Below are positions 18,204 to 28,826 of a stretch of 64,000 nucleotides of DNA, in pieces. The first letter of the stretch is position 1, and each line of letters opens with the position of its first letter. Source of the stretch: Bacillota bacterium. GTDB lineage: Bacteria; Bacillota; SHA-98; UBA4971. The position numbers were made by a program, and so were the translations under genes. The stretch is from NCBI GenBank assembly GCA_012842395.1, contig DUSX01000018.1:62116-126115 (forward strand), read 5' to 3'. A model generated the notes under the pieces. The model saw nothing but the letters and a program-made list of their open reading frames with translations. It did not search any database and was not told the origin of the DNA.

Positions 18204-20987
18204 ATGAGCCGACGGCCACAGGGCGTGGACGGAGGAAATGCGGTGATCCGGCGGTACTTCTGGTTCGCACTGATCGCGGTGGTTGTGGCGTTCGCCGCGT
18301 CGTTTCGCGGGATGGCCACGTTCATCACTGATGTTATGTGGTTCCGGGAATTGGGATACCTGCAAGCGCTTTGGGTGCCAATTCTGTCACGGGCGATGGT
18401 CGGCTTCATCGTCGCTGCGGTCTTCTCCATCTTCTCTTACGCTAACCTCAAGGTGGCAGGAAGGAGTCTCGGAAGGCTTTCATTGGGATTGGGTTTTCGG
18501 TCCTTCGATATCCCGATGCGGCTCACAACACAGAGGTTGAGGGCTGTTCTCCTGGTCGGTAGCATCCTCATCGGGATGCTCGCGGGCTTGGAAACCTCCT
18601 CGCATTGGATGACAGTTCAGCAGTTCCTGCACCGAGCGCCGGGAGGGGTGAAGGACCCCTTGTTTGGCCTAGACGTGGGCTACTACATGTTCGGCCTGCC
18701 GTTTTGGCGACTCGTCTACTCTCTCCTCATGACCCTTGTGCTTGTCACCACGGCGCTCGTGGCGGCGATCTATATTGTGACGCGATCCATCGGCCTGAGG
18801 GGCACCCACGTAACCGGGACCATGACGGCCAAACGCCACGTCGCTGGCCTGGTTGCGCTCTGCCTTCTGCTGAGAGCTTGGGGCTACCGGCTCATGGCGT
18901 TGGCGCTTGTATACTCCGACCGAGGCGTCGTCTTCGGCGCTGGCTACACGGACGTTCATGCGACGCTGCCTGCCCTCAAGATTCTCTCTATGATAGCGAT
19001 CGTTGCGGCGGCTTCGGTGCTTGCGAGCCCCTTCATGCGTGGGGAGAAGGTCGTTCTTGCTACCGTGGGGATGCTTGTCGTGGCATCCTTTGTTTTGGGC
19101 ACGGTTTACCCCGCCATTATCCAGAAGCTGTCAGTGGAGCCCAGCGAGCTATCGAGAGAGCGGCCCTACATAAGGTATAACATCGAGGCGACCAGGCAGG
19201 CGTTCGGCTTGGACGACATAGATGTGCGGCCCCTCGATGTCCGCAACGATCTGACGCTAGAGAGACTTTTGACCGCTTACCAGGATACTGTCAACAACAT
19301 CAGGCTCTGGGATTGGCGCCCCCTCTCTCAGACCCTAAACCAACTTCAGGAGATCAGGGTATACTATAGATTCAATGACGTCGATATCGACAGATACACG
19401 GTAGCCGGCAAGACTCGGCAGATGGCGTTGTCTGCGCGCGAGCTGTCCCTGGCCGAACTGCCGGCGCAGGCGAGGACATGGGTGAACGAACACCTGGTGT
19501 ACACCCATGGCTATGGGCTGGTCATGAGCGACGTAACGCGGGTTTCTGCTGAAGGGCTTCCAAGCTTCACGATAAGGGACATTCCGCTGCGGACCGACGA
19601 GGGATTTGACGTGGTGCGTCCCGAGATCTACTACGGGGAGTGCACTGACGAGTACGTGGTGGTCGGGACGTCCGCTCGGGAATTCGATTACCCCGCAGGG
19701 GAATCTGGCACTTACACGACCTACGAAGGGCGCGGCGGCGTCCGGTTGTCGTCGTTCTGGAGAAGGCTTCTGTTCGCCGCGCGATTCGGGAGCATGCAAT
19801 TCCTGATGTCTTCGGACATGAGCAGAGATAGCCAGGTATTATACGTTCGGAACATCCGCGACCGCGTACAGGCCATAGCGCCCTTTCTCAGGTATGACAG
19901 GGACCCGTACCTGGTGCTTGCGGACAGGAGACTCTTCTGGATGTGGGATGCGTATGTCGTGAGCGATCGTTATCCGTATTCTCAACCCATCGAGGATGGA
20001 ATCAACTACATTCGAAACTCAGTCAAGGTCGTTGTTGACGCATACAGCGGTGAAGTGACGTTTTACACCCCCGACCCTGACGAGCCCATCATAAAGACCC
20101 TGTGCGGTATCTTCCCGGGGATGTTCGTGCCGATGGACGAAATGCCCGTGTCTCTGAAGGCCCACGTGCGTTACCCCGAAGACCTGTTCGTGATCCAGGC
20201 CCGCGTGCTCGGCAAGTATCATACGACGGAGCCGGATGCTCTTTATAAACAGGAGGATTTCTGGGAATTCCCAGCAGAGGTGTACGGTGGCGAGCGCCAG
20301 ACCATGCAGCCATACTACGTGTTCATGCGTATGCCAGGTGATGAGCGGGCCGAGTACGTGCTCACCGTGCCGTTCACTCCGTCAGGCAGAGACAACATGA
20401 TCGCATGGCTTGCCGCCAGGAACGATTTCCCCGGCTACGGGCAGCTTGTGCTCTACAGCTTCCCTAAAGACCGCCTTGTATACGGGCCCATGCAGGTTGA
20501 ATCGAGGATCGATCAGGATCCGGCCATATCGCAGGCACTCACCCTGTGGAGCCAGCGGGGGTCGAAGGTTGTGCGGGGAAACCTCCTTGCTATCCCGATA
20601 GAGAATTCGATCCTCTACGTGGAGCCGCTGTATCTTCTTGCGGAGCGGAGCGATCTGCCGGAATTGAAGAGGGTGGTGGTCTCCTTCGGCGACGCCGTGG
20701 CCATGGACACGACCCTGGAGGGCGCCCTGGCCGCCGTGTTTGGTGCCGGTACAGCGGTTCCAAGGCGCAGTGCGGCCGCGGAGCCCGGAAACGGTCTTGG
20801 AGTGCCGGCGCCGGCTTCCCCGCAGGACAGCGACACCGGGGTCCTGTCTGAGCTAGTTGGTCGTGCTCTTCAGGTGTATGAGGACGCCAACAGACGGCTC
20901 CGTGACGGTGACTTCGCCGGCTTCGGAGAGCGCCTCGACGAGCTGGGCGTTTTGCTGCGAGAACTCGAAAGAAGAGGGGCGAAGTGA
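18204..20987 (+). CDS. UPF0182-family large membrane protein
   Basis: 927 aa. N-terminal TM region with FITDVMWFRELGY. Size and architecture typical of UPF0182 (COG1615). Confidence 0.65.
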   Translation: MSRRPQGVDGGNAVIRRYFWFALIAVVVAFAASFRGMATFITDVMWFRELGYLQALWVPILSRAMVGFIVAAVFSIFSYANLKVAGRSLGRLSLGLGFRSFDIPMRLTTQRLRAVLLVGSILIGMLAGLETSSHWMTVQQFLHRAPGGVKDPLFGLDVGYYMFGLPFWRLVYSLLMTLVLVTTALVAAIYIVTRSIGLRGTHVTGTMTAKRHVAGLVALCLLLRAWGYRLMALALVYSDRGVVFGAGYTDVHATLPALKILSMIAIVAAASVLASPFMRGEKVVLATVGMLVVASFVLGTVYPAIIQKLSVEPSELSRERPYIRYNIEATRQAFGLDDIDVRPLDVRNDLTLERLLTAYQDTVNNIRLWDWRPLSQTLNQLQEIRVYYRFNDVDIDRYTVAGKTRQMALSARELSLAELPAQARTWVNEHLVYTHGYGLVMSDVTRVSAEGLPSFTIRDIPLRTDEGFDVVRPEIYYGECTDEYVVVGTSAREFDYPAGESGTYTTYEGRGGVRLSSFWRRLLFAARFGSMQFLMSSDMSRDSQVLYVRNIRDRVQAIAPFLRYDRDPYLVLADRRLFWMWDAYVVSDRYPYSQPIEDGINYIRNSVKVVVDAYSGEVTFYTPDPDEPIIKTLCGIFPGMFVPMDEMPVSLKAHVRYPEDLFVIQARVLGKYHTTEPDALYKQEDFWEFPAEVYGGERQTMQPYYVFMRMPGDERAEYVLTVPFTPSGRDNMIAWLAARNDFPGYGQLVLYSFPKDRLVYGPMQVESRIDQDPAISQALTLWSQRGSKVVRGNLLAIPIENSILYVEPLYLLAERSDLPELKRVVVSFGDAVAMDTTLEGALAAVFGAGTAVPRRSAAAEPGNGLGVPAPASPQDSDTGVLSELVGRALQVYEDANRRLRDGDFAGFGERLDELGVLLRELERRGAK

Positions 20988-21934
20988 GCTTGGTGGTGCC
21001 AAAGATAGAGATGCGGCGGGATAACGCGGTCATCTCAGGCATTTCACCATTTGACCTCAAGGAAACCCTGGAATCCGGACAAGCGTTCCGCTGGGACCTT
21101 GAGGACGGCGTGTTCACCGGCGTCGTGCGCGGGAGAGTCATTCGAGCTGCACAGGAGGGTGATTCACTCGTCCTCATCAAGCCTGGTTCAGAAGAGGTCA
21201 TTCACCTTGCGACCGATTACTTTTCGCTCGATGTGGACCAGGCGGACATTGAGGAGCGGCTGCGCAGCATGGACCCCACGCTCGACTCGGCGGTAAGGTC
21301 GTTCACCGGCCTTCGCTTGCTGCGACAGGAACCATGGGAATGCCTGGTGTCATTCATCCTATCTGCCAGGAACGCCATTCCCCTCATCCGCCGAGCGGTC
21401 GAGCGTATAGCGAGAGCTTACGGCGATCCCATCTTTCAGGAGAATGACGACGGCCTTCCGACGCACGGTGGCCGCGGATCCGGGCAAACATCGTATTACA
21501 GCTTTCCGACCCCGGGTCGGCTTGCATCGGCGGACGTCCTCGACCTTGTGAGGTGCGGCGCGGGTTTCAGGTCGCAGTATGTGAAAGCCGCGGCAGAGAG
21601 AGTAGCGTCCGGTGACATCGATCTTCAAGCTCTACGAAGCCTCGGATACGGAGGCGCAAAAGAGAGACTGATGAGCCTGCGAGGTGTGGGCGAGAAGGTG
21701 GCCGACTGCGTCCTTCTGTTCTCGCTCGGCTTCTATGAGGCATTTCCGATTGACGTTTGGATGACAAGGGTGATGCGATATGTCTATTTCGGGGGAAGCA
21801 AAGTCTCGGCCGCGACCATAACGCAGTTTGCTCGGGAGAGGTTCGGCGAGCTCGCAGGCTATGCCCAACAGTACTTGTTTCATTACGCTCGTAGGAAGCT
21901 TGCGTCCGAACTCCGTGGGCTAGACCTGGACTGA
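20984..21934 (+). CDS. ogg: 8-oxoguanine DNA glycosylase/AP lyase (Ogg, HhH-GPD superfamily)
   Basis: TLESGQAFRW N-terminal motif. HhH-GPD segment LMSLRGVGEKVADCVLLFSLG...FPIDVWM with a catalytic Lys/Asp arrangement. Confidence 0.7.
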   Translation: MSLVVPKIEMRRDNAVISGISPFDLKETLESGQAFRWDLEDGVFTGVVRGRVIRAAQEGDSLVLIKPGSEEVIHLATDYFSLDVDQADIEERLRSMDPTLDSAVRSFTGLRLLRQEPWECLVSFILSARNAIPLIRRAVERIARAYGDPIFQENDDGLPTHGGRGSGQTSYYSFPTPGRLASADVLDLVRCGAGFRSQYVKAAAERVASGDIDLQALRSLGYGGAKERLMSLRGVGEKVADCVLLFSLGFYEAFPIDVWMTRVMRYVYFGGSKVSAATITQFARERFGELAGYAQQYLFHYARRKLASELRGLDLD

Positions 21935-22468
21935 GTAGGCGGCCACGAGACCGTTGGTTTTTCCCAGCCAGAAGTCGGCCCTGCTTTAGGGCGTGCAAGT
22001 GCCACCTAAGGTAACCGGCCTTGTTCTTCAGGGACGGCGCGCCTGCGGGAAGCCTCGTGCGAATTCGGCGTGCGGGATGGCCCGATCCGCTGCGCGCCAT
22101 CGTGCAAGCACCGGCAACGCTGGCGGCTCTATGGAACCAGGCGAGGATTCGTGGCAGAGACTGTTGCGATTTCCGAGCAGTGCCAGCTTCCGCGAGCAGG
22201 GCGGCAGCTTGGCGCACTTTAACTCGGCTGCACTGGCGTAATATGGGAAGACTGAACGGCCCGATGGCACGTTACTTGGCTGCGGCCCTCGTCTGGCCAG
22301 TGGTAGGGCCTGGTGGACGGGGGTCCGTGCCCCATTCGGCGGTGGTCCGCCCGGCGGAGAGGGGAGGAGGAGCGCGGGGTCTTCCTGATTCGCCCGCTCT
22401 TGAGGGATGCAGGCCGAAACCAGGACAGGCCCCTGTGCGCACTTTGGACACGTGGGGGGGAAGGAAGA

Positions 22469-23260
22469 ATGTCCCGAAGCGGCGGTGCGGAGGAGTCGTC
22501 TTCGATCTCCAGGCAGATCACTGAGCTTGCCAGGATGGTGAGGAGCGCAGGGAAGTGTGTCGTTCTCACCGGCGCTGGCATATCTACGGAGAGCGGGATC
22601 CCGGACTTCCGTAGCCCCGGCACGGGTCTCTGGAGCCGCGTCGATCCAATGGCGGTGCTGTCCGCCACCGCTTTTCGGACGACGCCGGAAGCGTTTTACC
22701 GGTTCATCGTGGAGCTCGTCGAGACATTACAAGCCGCGCGACCGAACAACGGGCACAGAGCCATCGCCGCGCTCGAGAAAATGGGTGTCGTTGATGTAGT
22801 GGTCACCCAGAACATCGACGGCTTGCATCAACGCGCGGGATCGAGGAACGTGCTCGAAGTCCACGGTCACCTGCGGACCGGCACGTGTGTGCAGTGCGGC
22901 AAGACTTACGATATCAAGGTTGTCCTGGACGCCGTCGGACTTGGCGAGCTACCGAGATGCGACGCGTGCCGCGGTCTCATCAAGCCCGACGTTGTGCTCT
23001 TTGAAGATCCCCTGCCTGTTGATTTCCTTTTGGCCCAGCAGGCAGTGGCGGAGTGCGACCTTCTCCTCGCGGTCGGGTCTAGTCTTGAAGTAGCGCCGGT
23101 GTGTTATCTCCCGGCGATGGCGCCGCATCTCGCGATAATAAACCTGATGCCCACCGGCTACGATGTCCGTGCGGATGTGGTGATACATGCGAAGGCGGGG
23201 GAGGTCCTTCCATCGCTTGTTGACGCCATGCGAGAGGGAACTGATGGAAACACCCGTTGA
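22469..23260 (+). CDS. cobB: NAD-dependent protein deacylase (sirtuin, CobB/Sir2 family)
   Basis: GAGISTESGIPDFRS, Zn ribbon CVQCGK...CDACRG, QNIDGLH. GGAAGG RBS before ATG 22469. The track ORF begins earlier in a GC-rich extension. Confidence 0.8.
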   Translation: MSRSGGAEESSSISRQITELARMVRSAGKCVVLTGAGISTESGIPDFRSPGTGLWSRVDPMAVLSATAFRTTPEAFYRFIVELVETLQAARPNNGHRAIAALEKMGVVDVVVTQNIDGLHQRAGSRNVLEVHGHLRTGTCVQCGKTYDIKVVLDAVGLGELPRCDACRGLIKPDVVLFEDPLPVDFLLAQQAVAECDLLLAVGSSLEVAPVCYLPAMAPHLAIINLMPTGYDVRADVVIHAKAGEVLPSLVDAMREGTDGNTR

Positions 23261-23513
23261 ACGCGGGTGAACGGCAGGAATGACGGGAGCAGTATAGAAT
23301 AGCCTCTTGGGAGAATCCACGTTTTCCGTGGAACGCGGTCGATCCTGGGGGGATCGTGGTTGGGTGCGAAAGTGCCTGCGAAAAGGGAAAAGAAGAAGCC
23401 CAAAAAACAGAAGACCCAGGTACCTAAGGCGCAAGGCCAGGGTGACAACAGGCTCTCAATTCTGAACAAGCCGTGACGGTTGGAAGAGAGGGCAGAAGAA
23501 GGAGCACAGGACT

Positions 23514-24551
23514 GTGGCGCGTAATGGGTATAGCTTTTTTGTCCGCGATATGGCAATAGACTTGGGCACCGCCAATTCGCTCGTGTACGTGACTAGGCGA
23601 GGCGTCGTCATGTTTGAGCCGTCGGTTGTAGCCATCGACGAAGTCAGCGGCGAGGTGTTGGCGGTTGGCAGCGAGGCCAAGCAAATGATCGGGAGGACGC
23701 CGGGGGCTATTCGTGCCGTACGCCCTCTGAAACAGGGCGTCATCGCGAATTTCGAGATGACCAAGCATTTGCTTCGCTACCTTATCCGGAGAGGATGCCG
23801 CGGAAGGGCGCTGGTGCGGCCGCGAGTCATCGTGTCGGTTCCCGCAGATGTGACCGAGGTGGAGCGAAGGGCGGTGATCGATGCCACCATTGAAGCAGGT
23901 GCCCGCGCGGCGTTTCTCATTGAAGAGGCCGTGGCGGCTGCTATCGGCGTAGGCCTGCCTGTCCAGGAACCGACGGGCAGCATGGTGGTGGACATCGGAG
24001 GCGGCATGACCAACGCCGCTGTGATCTCGCTTGGTGGTATTGTCTCTGGCTGTTCCGTGAGGGTTGGCGGAGACGACATGGATGAGGCCATAGTGAGGCA
24101 TGTAAGGCGGAATTACAACCTGATGATAGGCGAGCGCACGGCGGAGGACGTCAAAATCGGCATAGGCTCTGTGTGGCCGTTGCAAGAGGAGCTCTCTATG
24201 GAGGTGCGCGGAAGAGACTATGTAACAGGTCTGCCGAAGAGCATCACGCTGACGTCACAAGAGGTCCGGGAGGCCCTGGCAGAGCCGATGGCGGCCATAG
24301 CCGCGGGCGTCCGCAGCACGCTCGAGAACACTCCGCCGGAGCTCATAGGCGACGTGATAGACAAGGAGATAGTCATCACCGGCGGAGGGGCGCTGCTGCG
24401 AGGCATCGACCGTTACATTTCGAAGGAAACAGGAATGCCGGTGAGATGCGGCGACAATCCGCTCATGAGCGTCGTGACAGGCGCGGGCAAAGCGCTCGAG
24501 GAGATTGATCTCCTTGAGAAGGTGGCGAATGCCTCTCGGAGGGTGAGGTAG
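23514..24551 (+). CDS. mreB: Rod-shape-determining protein MreB/Mbl
   Basis: IDLGTANSLVYV and actin-fold ATPase motifs. GAAGGAG RBS. Alternative start ATG 23550. Confidence 0.85.
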   Translation: MARNGYSFFVRDMAIDLGTANSLVYVTRRGVVMFEPSVVAIDEVSGEVLAVGSEAKQMIGRTPGAIRAVRPLKQGVIANFEMTKHLLRYLIRRGCRGRALVRPRVIVSVPADVTEVERRAVIDATIEAGARAAFLIEEAVAAAIGVGLPVQEPTGSMVVDIGGGMTNAAVISLGGIVSGCSVRVGGDDMDEAIVRHVRRNYNLMIGERTAEDVKIGIGSVWPLQEELSMEVRGRDYVTGLPKSITLTSQEVREALAEPMAAIAAGVRSTLENTPPELIGDVIDKEIVITGGGALLRGIDRYISKETGMPVRCGDNPLMSVVTGAGKALEEIDLLEKVANASRRVR

Positions 24552-24724
24552 TCCCCGCCTCCGGTGCGTGGTGCACTCCAGGGCGCGGACCGGCCGCGGT
24601 CTTGCGGAAGGATGAACTTGCCGGAGCGACGACGACCGGTATTGACTCGTTCTTCTGGTTGGGTTATAATTGGTCTTGCGCCGGGCGGGGAGACGCCAAG
24701 GCGAGCGACAAGACTTTGACAAGC

Positions 24725-24800
24725 GGGCGGATAGCTCAGTTGGGAGAGCACCTCCCTTACAAGGAGGGGGTCGGCAGTTCAAATCTGCCTTCGCCCACCA
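24725..24800 (+). tRNA. tRNA-Val (anticodon TAC)
   Basis: 76-nt cloverleaf. Acceptor stem GGGCGGA/TTCGCCC. Anticodon loop CTTACAA. GTTCAAATC T-loop. Encoded CCA. Confidence 0.9.
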
Positions 24801-24835
24801 AGAGCAAGAAACGACAATTAAAGATAGATGTTTGC

Positions 24836-24913
24836 GGAGGCGTGGTGTAGCTGGTCTAACATACCTGCCTGTCACGCAGGAGATCGCGGGTTCGAATCCC
24901 GTCGCTTCCGCCA
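24836..24913 (+). tRNA. tRNA-Asp (anticodon GTC)
   Basis: 78 nt. Acceptor GGAGGCG/CGCTTCC. Anticodon loop CTGTCAC. GTTCGAATC T-loop. Encoded CCA. Confidence 0.9.
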
Positions 24914-24921
24914 TTTTGTTA

Positions 24922-24997
<76 letters not shown>

Positions 24998-25633
24998 TAT
25001 TTTGTACGCGAGCGGCCCGGGGCGCGTCGGGAAGCGAAGACGCGTGAGCCACGGTCGCGCAGCTGCCTCCGCCAGGGCGGGTGCCTTCTTCGTAAACCCA
25101 GTTCTCCGGGGGCTCGTCTGTACATACGGGCCTGCTCTTGCGTGGCCGTGCCGCGCCTTCCCCTCCTCTCATGAACTCATGCCAAGGTTGAACCACCCTC
25201 GATACAACCGCGCCGATTTGACTTCTTCTAGATGTCTCCGCCGCCATTCGCCGCCACTATCGTGGGCCGGGGATGTTGCGCTGTGCGGGTTTTGGGGTGG
25301 CCATGAGGAGAAGGAGCGTCGGACGTCGAACTGAATGGCCTAGCTCCAATCGTCCATTCGATGAGAGGGGTCGCGTGATGGTCGCGGGGGGTTGAGTCTC
25401 AAGGGTAAGTGATTCAGGGAGCCAGGTTCGCATAGGCGTAAGTATCGTGCATGGGTATCACCTGGGCGGTTCTCTGTCGGCATTCGCGTTCTTTGCGGTG
25501 CCGGCATTTGTGTGAGCGGGCCCCGAAGCAGCGGTGCTCGGCACAGATACGTGACACGCGGCGACCTTGCTCCTTCTGTCTATCACGCGGGTTTTGCGTG
25601 CTTCCTGGGAGCGGACGTGGGGGGCGTGATTCA

Positions 25634-26984
25634 GTGAGGGCGATCGTGATAGGTGCCGGGAAAGTTGGGTTCGAGATAGCGAAGAGACTGTCAGAAGATG
25701 GGCACGACGTCGTGGTCATCGATCGAGACGAGGCTGTCCTCAGGGAGGTAGAGGACAACCTCGATGTGCTGGTTGTCCATGGCAACGGTGCGAGCGCCAG
25801 GGTCCTGGAAGAGGCCTCCATAAAAGACGCAGGGCTCTTCATCGCGGTGACCGATGTCGATGAGATCAACATCATAGCGTGCATGATCGCAAAGAGGCTG
25901 GGGGTCAAGAGGACGATCGCGCGCATAAGGAATCCGGAGTATCAAGGCCTCAAGAACTGGACGCTCTCGAACAAGCAACTCGGGATCGACGCGGTGATAA
26001 ACCCAGAGGAGGCCGTGGCGTACGAGATAATCAAGTTTTTGAGGGCACCGGCGGCCACAGACATAGAGTATTTTGCGGACGGCAAGATCCAGATGGTGGG
26101 GTTCAGCGTCCAGGAGGGCTCCCCCATAGCCAACAAGACCATAAGTGACGCAAGCATATCCTACTGCACAATAGGCGCGATCTCACGACAGTGGGAGGTT
26201 CTGATCCCTCACGGGAGCACGCGCATCCTGCCTGGGGATGACATTTTCATCATCGGCAAGTCGGGCCTTCCGACGGAGAATAGGCTGGCTAGTTGGGAAA
26301 AGCGACCAAGCCGCCAGGAACGTGGTCATCCTGGGAGGCGGGAGGACGGGGTTCATCCTTGCCCAGTACCTTGAGACTCACCGAAAGTACGGCCCGTTCG
26401 TCAAGCTGATAGAACGCGACAAGGAGTTGTGTCAGGAACTAGCCGAGAGACTACACCATGTCCTTGTAGTAAACGCTGACGGAACAAGGCCAGACCTGTT
26501 TCGAGAAGAAAACATTCAGGCTGCTGACTCCTTCATTGCCGTAACTGGTCAGGACCAGACTAACCTTCTGGCGGGCTTTCTTGCTAAAGACTTGGGCGTC
26601 CAAAGGGTGGTCGCCGAGCTTCACAGGGAAGACTACGTGCCCACGGCGAAGAGAATGAGGATCGACGTTACCGTGATCCCGCGACTCATCGTCGCGAGCA
26701 CGGTTCTTCGCGCGATTCCCAAACCGAACGTCAAGACCCTGTCCCTTTTGAAAGAAGGGAATCTGGAGGTCGTGGAGGTCGTCGTCTCTCCGGGGTCGAG
26801 CGTCTCTGGCAAGTCTCTGAGGCAGATCGGCCTTCCGGAGGAAGTCGTGGTCGGCGCGATCGTGCGAGGTGATGCAGTGGTCGTCCCGAGAGGAGACACG
26901 GTGATGTGCCCTGGGGACCATGTGCTGATCTTTGCTTCCCCGAGGGCTGGGCCCTTGCTGGAGTTCTATTTCGGTGTGAGATAG
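25634..26984 (+). pseudogene. trkA: trkA (Trk K+ uptake NAD-binding regulatory protein, tandem RCK N/C domains) with an apparent single-base frameshift in the inter-domain linker
   Basis: The N-terminal half (GAGKVGFEIAKRL...) is in the frame of track ORF 25451..26374. The second RCK half (VVILGGGRTGF...) is in the +1 frame of ORF 26238..26984. The frames overlap at the run GGGAAAAG (A-run 26297-26300). Deleting one A restores ...ENRLASWESDQAARNVVILGGG. Confidence 0.55.
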
Positions 26985-27005
26985 TCAAGGCGAGGGAGAG
27001 ACGTC

Positions 27006-28451
27006 GTGAGTCTCAAGGCTGTTGCCAACGTGGTAGGATCCTTGGTCATTCTGCTGGGCTTCCTTGCAATAGTCCCAGCGGGGGTCTCCGTATATTGTCG
27101 CGAGGGGGACGCCCCAGCTTTCCTGCTGTCGATGGTTATAGCTGTCTCGTCCGGAGCCATCGTTAAGAGACTTTCTCGCGGTGACCAGGGAGTGCGCAAT
27201 AGAGAGTGCTTTGCCATAGTCACCCTCGGGTGGGTGGCGGCAGCGACCGTGGGGGCACTTCCGTTCGTCCTATACGGGACGTTGCCGTCGTTCACTGATG
27301 CGTTCTTTGAGGCGATCTCCGGATTCACCACGACGGGCGCAACGATGATCGCGGATATCGAGGCACAACCCCACGGGATACTGTTGTGGCGAAGCCTTCT
27401 TCATTGGTTGGGCGGCATGGGAATTATCGTCCTCTTCATTGCCGTTCTGCCCAACTTCGGGCTGGAGGACGCAAGGCTCTTCAAAGTAGAGGTTCCCGGC
27501 CCGGTCCCTGAGAGACTTGAGCCGAGGATAAGGGAAACCGCGAGAGCGCTTTGGGGTATATACGCGGGCATGTCCCTGGCAGAGATCATTCTCCTATGCC
27601 TAGGTGGCATGAGTCTCTTTGATTCGGTGACTCACACGTTCGCCACGGTGTCGACCGGGGGTTTCTCGACAAAGACAGCGAGCATAGGCGCGTGGCAAAG
27701 TCCATTTATCCAGTCCACGATAATCTTTTTCATGCTTGCCGCTGGGGGGAACTTCGCCCTCTACTTCCGCGCGCTTCATGGCCGCCACAGGGCTATTCTC
27801 CCTGACGCTGAACTACGGTTTTATCTCCTGGTGGTGATCGTGGCAACTTGCACGGTAGCCTTGAGCCTCTACTTCAGCGGATCGTCAGGGCTTGTTGGCG
27901 CGGTGCGAGATGCGGCTTTCCAAGTATCATCGGTGATAACGACTACTGGGTTTGCCACTGCCGATTTTGATGCCTGGCCGTCTCTCGCCAAAGGGATCCT
28001 TTTGGGCTTGATGTTCATCGGAGGGTGCACCGGCTCCACGAGCGGTGCGATCAAGGTGGCCCGGGTGCTCATGGTTTTCAAACACGGGTGCAGGGAGCTT
28101 CAGAGGCTGATTCACCCGAAGGCGGTTTCAGTCGCGAAGCTGAATGGTGAAGCTATCAGACCCGATGTCTTGAACAGGGTTCTCGGATTCGTGTTCCTGT
28201 ATGTATTCGTTTTCATTTCGGCCTCCCTTGTGATGATGGCGCTGGGCCTAGACATGGTGAGCGCGTGCTCGTCGGTGGCGGCCACCCTCGGGAATGTGGG
28301 CCCGGGGCTGGGGATCGTCGGGCCGACGTATACCTATGTACCTCTGCCTGCCTTAGGCAAATGGGTGCTAAGCCTTTGCATGCTGCTTGGAAGGCTTGAG
28401 CTCTATCCGGTCCTGGTGTTGCTGGTGCCGAGCTTCTGGCTGAGATACTAA
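27006..28451 (+). CDS. trkH: Trk-type potassium uptake membrane protein TrkH/KtrB
   Basis: 481-aa polytopic protein with repeated pore-loop segments (TTTGF, STGGFST, TTTGFAT). Immediately follows trkA. Confidence 0.85.
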   Translation: MSLKAVANVVGSLVILLGFLAIVPAGVSVYCREGDAPAFLLSMVIAVSSGAIVKRLSRGDQGVRNRECFAIVTLGWVAAATVGALPFVLYGTLPSFTDAFFEAISGFTTTGATMIADIEAQPHGILLWRSLLHWLGGMGIIVLFIAVLPNFGLEDARLFKVEVPGPVPERLEPRIRETARALWGIYAGMSLAEIILLCLGGMSLFDSVTHTFATVSTGGFSTKTASIGAWQSPFIQSTIIFFMLAAGGNFALYFRALHGRHRAILPDAELRFYLLVVIVATCTVALSLYFSGSSGLVGAVRDAAFQVSSVITTTGFATADFDAWPSLAKGILLGLMFIGGCTGSTSGAIKVARVLMVFKHGCRELQRLIHPKAVSVAKLNGEAIRPDVLNRVLGFVFLYVFVFISASLVMMALGLDMVSACSSVAATLGNVGPGLGIVGPTYTYVPLPALGKWVLSLCMLLGRLELYPVLVLLVPSFWLRY

Positions 28452-28803
28452 GTATATCGCCAGGAGACCGTTGAACTCTCCCACGTTGCGCCACCTTGGA
28501 ACGATTGAAGCCCACGAAGTCGTCGCCGTTATCGCCCGGATTTGCAGCTGCCGGGGAGGTTCACTGGTCTCAGTCAGGGGTTCGCACTGCTTTTCAGCTT
28601 TCCGGTTTTTCGGCTTTTCGGCGCGTGCCGTCCTGTCAGAGGCCACCGAGCTTGCCTCCCCGGGCAGGGAGGCGACACGCCTTCCGCGCGCCTCGTTCGA
28701 GCCCGGAGCGCGATATGGCTAGACCTTCCACACCAAGTCGTGCCAGACCGGCGGCCCTGGCGCTGTCAAGAAGAGAAGCGAAGGCTCACGGCGTCATACT
28801 CAG
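28448..28803. repeat. Degenerate copy of the MITE-like element, overlapping the trkH stop
   Basis: Begins CTAAGTATATCGCC, a 1-mismatch variant of the TIR. Internal GCGCGCCTCGTTCGAG matches the element core. A degenerate right end (GGCGTCATACTCAG) is at about 28790-28803. Confidence 0.4.
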
Positions 28804-28826
28804 CGGCCGCGTGAAGGCCGCGAGGA

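Noticed and set aside
22313-22468. N-terminal extension of the sirtuin ORF (track start 22313)
   Set aside because: The GC-rich extension lacks an RBS and does not align with Sir2 N-termini. ATG 22469 has a GGAAGG RBS and gives a canonical CobB length.
25000-25633. Possible c-di-AMP (ydaO/kimA-type) riboswitch upstream of trkA
   Set aside because: K+ transporter genes are often preceded by this riboswitch in Firmicutes. Only weak fragments (CCCCGAAGCAG) were seen, not the conserved core helices. It cannot be supported without a covariance-model search.
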